From assembly GCF_009914755.1 (NCBI RefSeq), contig NC_060930.1: a stretch of DNA of 64,000 nucleotides; one strand, written 5' to 3'. Positions 60,065 to 64,000 of the stretch are shown piece by piece (position 1 is the stretch's first letter; each line of letters starts with the position of its first letter). Made by a program: the position numbers and the translations under genes. The notes beneath the pieces are model-generated. The model worked only from the letters and a program-made list of their open reading frames with translations, was not told the origin of the DNA and did not search any database. The DNA is from the human T2T-CHM13v2.0 reference genome, Homo sapiens.

Positions 60065-62050
60065 TGAAATATGATTAGATTATAACTAGATAAGTACAGT
60101 AAAGAGGAGAAAGCAAAGCAAGTGGACAGAGGGCGATGGGTGAGGAGGGTGCTATCTTCACTGGACTGGTTTGCACACTTTGAGCAGACACAAGAAGGAA
60201 GTGAGGAGTGAGCCACGAGAACCGAGAGTGCCTGGGAGGCAGCCTCAGCTGGGGGAAGGCAGTGCAAAGGCCTGAGCGGGGACTTCCAGGCAGGCTTGGG
60301 GGTCTGAGGAATGCCAAGAGTGTCATGCTGCTTGAAGGAGGTGAAGGGAAGAAGGAGGGGCTGATGTCAGAGAAGCAGGGTCTGAGGCCAGAAGGGACTC
60401 CCAGGCTACTGCAAGGACTCTGGCTTTTAACCTGAGCCAGGTGAGCAGCACGGAGGGTTTTCGGGAGGTTTTACCATGCTCGCTCCTGAAGTGGGCAAGA
60501 CTGGAGGGGGCAAGTGGGATCCTAGAGGCAAGTCCGGAGGCTGCGGCAAGTCTCCAGGTGAGACGTGGCAGCGCTTTGAACCAGCGTGGCAAGGAGCTGT
60601 TGGAATCTGGATATAATTCGAAGATTTGCTGGTGCTTGGGAAATGTCAGGGAAAGAGAAGAGTCGAGGATCCCTTCAAGATTTGAGGGTGGAGAAAACAA
60701 AATAACGGGGTTGCCATTTACTGCAATGGGGACATCTGGAGGAAGAGCAGGCTTGGAGCAGAGAAGAAATCAAGAGCTCAGTTCTGATGTGTTAAGTTTA
60801 AGACACCAATTAGACATTTCATAGGCAAGTTGAATCTGTGGATTTGTAAGGCGGATTTGTGAGTCTGGAGTTTGGTAGTGAGGTCCAAGTAGAAGGTCTA
60901 GATTTGGGAGACATCAGCATATAAATGGCATTTAAAGCCAAGAGATAGGATGAGACCCCCCAAGAGAGAGAATGTGAACAGAGAAGAGAGGTCTGAGGAC
61001 TGGCCCACTGGTATTTCCATGGTTGAAGTCCAGAAAATCAGAAGGATCCCACAAAGAGACAGAAAAGGAATCTGTGTGCTGTAGGAGGGGAACGGGAAAG
61101 GCCACAGAGGGAGTGAGCAACTATGCCAAGGGCTGCCAATAAGTCGAGCAAGGAGCATTAGCCACTGGGCTTGTCGATGCATCTGGGACCTTGATAGGTA
61201 TAGTTTCAGCAGAGTATGGGGCACGAAAGCCTGACTGGAGATGATTAGAAAAAGCTGAAAGGAACAGAGGGAGAGTCAGCAAGGGAGGGCAACTACTTGG
61301 AAGAGTTTTGCTATAAAGGAAATAAAAGAAGTTGTGCTTTCACATGTATGTTCATCGCAGCACTATTCACAATAACAAAGACATGGAATCAACCTAAATG
61401 CTCATCATTGGCAGATTGGATAAAGAAAACATGGTACATATACACCATGGAATACTATGCAGCCATAAAAAGGAACGAGATCATGTCCTTTGCAGGAACA
61501 TGGATGCAGCTGGAGGCTATTATCCTTAGCAGGCTAACGTAGGAACAGAAAACCAAATACCGCATGTTCTCACTTGTAAGCGGGAGCTAAATGATGAGAA
61601 TACATGGACACAAAGAGGGGAACACAGACACCGGGGTCTACCTGAGGGTAGAGGGTGGGAGGAGGGAGAGAATCAGAAAAAAATGACGATTGGGCACTAC
61701 ACTTAGAACCTGAGTGATGAAATAGGTTGTACAAAAAACCTCCCTGACACGAATTTACCTATTTAACAAACCTGTACATGTACCCCTGAACCTAAAATAA
61801 AAGTTTAAAAAATAAAAAAGTAAATAAATAAATAAGAAGTTGTTTTTTTCAGATTGGGAGATATTTCAGGGTTTTTGTGTGTGCCATCTTGCTTATGTGT
61901 AACATTATTCAGCAGAATAGAAACTGGATTTTGGAGAAGGGAAAGGTGATAAGGGAACAAATGAAATCTTTAGGTAGGCAAGGTGGGAGCATAGAGGTGC
62001 ACAGTCCGGAGGAGCGAGAGTTAGATAGGAACACAAACAGCTTACCCATC
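60065..62050. mobile_element. L2 fragment split by an L1
   Basis: tggaatctggatataattcgaag, gatttgggagacatcagcatataaatggcatttaaagcc, gaagagttttgctataaaggaaa. Confidence 0.75.
61336..61833 (+). mobile_element. Short 5'-truncated primate L1 (L1PA10-16-like) 3' end
   Basis: [19 protein letters not shown]...[12 protein letters not shown], catgtacccctgaacctaaaataaaagt, A-rich tail; TSD aagaagttgt at 61326-61335 and 61834-61843. Confidence 0.9.
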
Positions 62051-62067
62051 GTGCTCCAAATAACACC

Positions 62068-63766
<1,699 letters not shown>

Positions 63767-63828
63767 ACTAGATAAACAGAGTTAATCATGGAAATTGTAG
63801 GGTTTTAGTTTTAAAGATTTTATATGGA

Positions 63829-63956
63829 GAATTTCAATAGTATAATAATATATAATTTCAATAGCAAAAGAGTATATAATTCAAATAGTGTAATAGTATA
63901 TCATTTCAGTGGTATAATAGTATATAATTTCAATCATATAATTACAATAATATAAT
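63829..63956 (+). repeat. Degenerate AT-rich tandem repeat, ~24-nt unit
   Basis: Units like tatataatttcaatagtataatag repeated about 5 times. Confidence 0.7.
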
Positions 63957-64000
63957 GAACCCATCCCCCAGTGTCAAGAATTGTCAACACATGACAATCT

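Overview
Primate genomic DNA, almost certainly human (it carries an L1 with the human-specific pre-Ta 3' UTR diagnostics). The window is repeat-rich intergenic or intronic sequence with no recognisable intact cellular protein-coding exon. Well over half is transposon-derived: about 20 Alus, nested L1s of several ages, L2, MIR and MaLR/ERV1 solo LTRs. It holds two processed pseudogenes: a full-length RPL21 retrocopy (minus strand, 5.6-6.2 kb) and a 5'-truncated, frameshifted CUL2 retrocopy (plus strand, 35.6-36.3 kb) that the ORF track misses. The only long ORF (794 aa) is the RT plus C-terminal part of ORF2 of a young 5'-truncated L1HS pre-Ta, which gained an in-frame ATG from its own target-site duplication. 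The least explained structures are fold-backs: a ~500-bp-arm, ~83%-identical inverted duplication of sequence I cannot assign to a repeat family (50.08-51.59 kb), and an 86-nt near-perfect hairpin (26.22-26.31 kb). There is also a 95-bp dispersed direct duplication near the right end. I see no firm evidence of a new multi-gene system. The best candidate for something undescribed is a long hairpin-RNA locus at 50-56 kb, and this remains a hypothesis. Repeat subfamily names and old-repeat boundaries come from recall of consensus sequences and are approximate.
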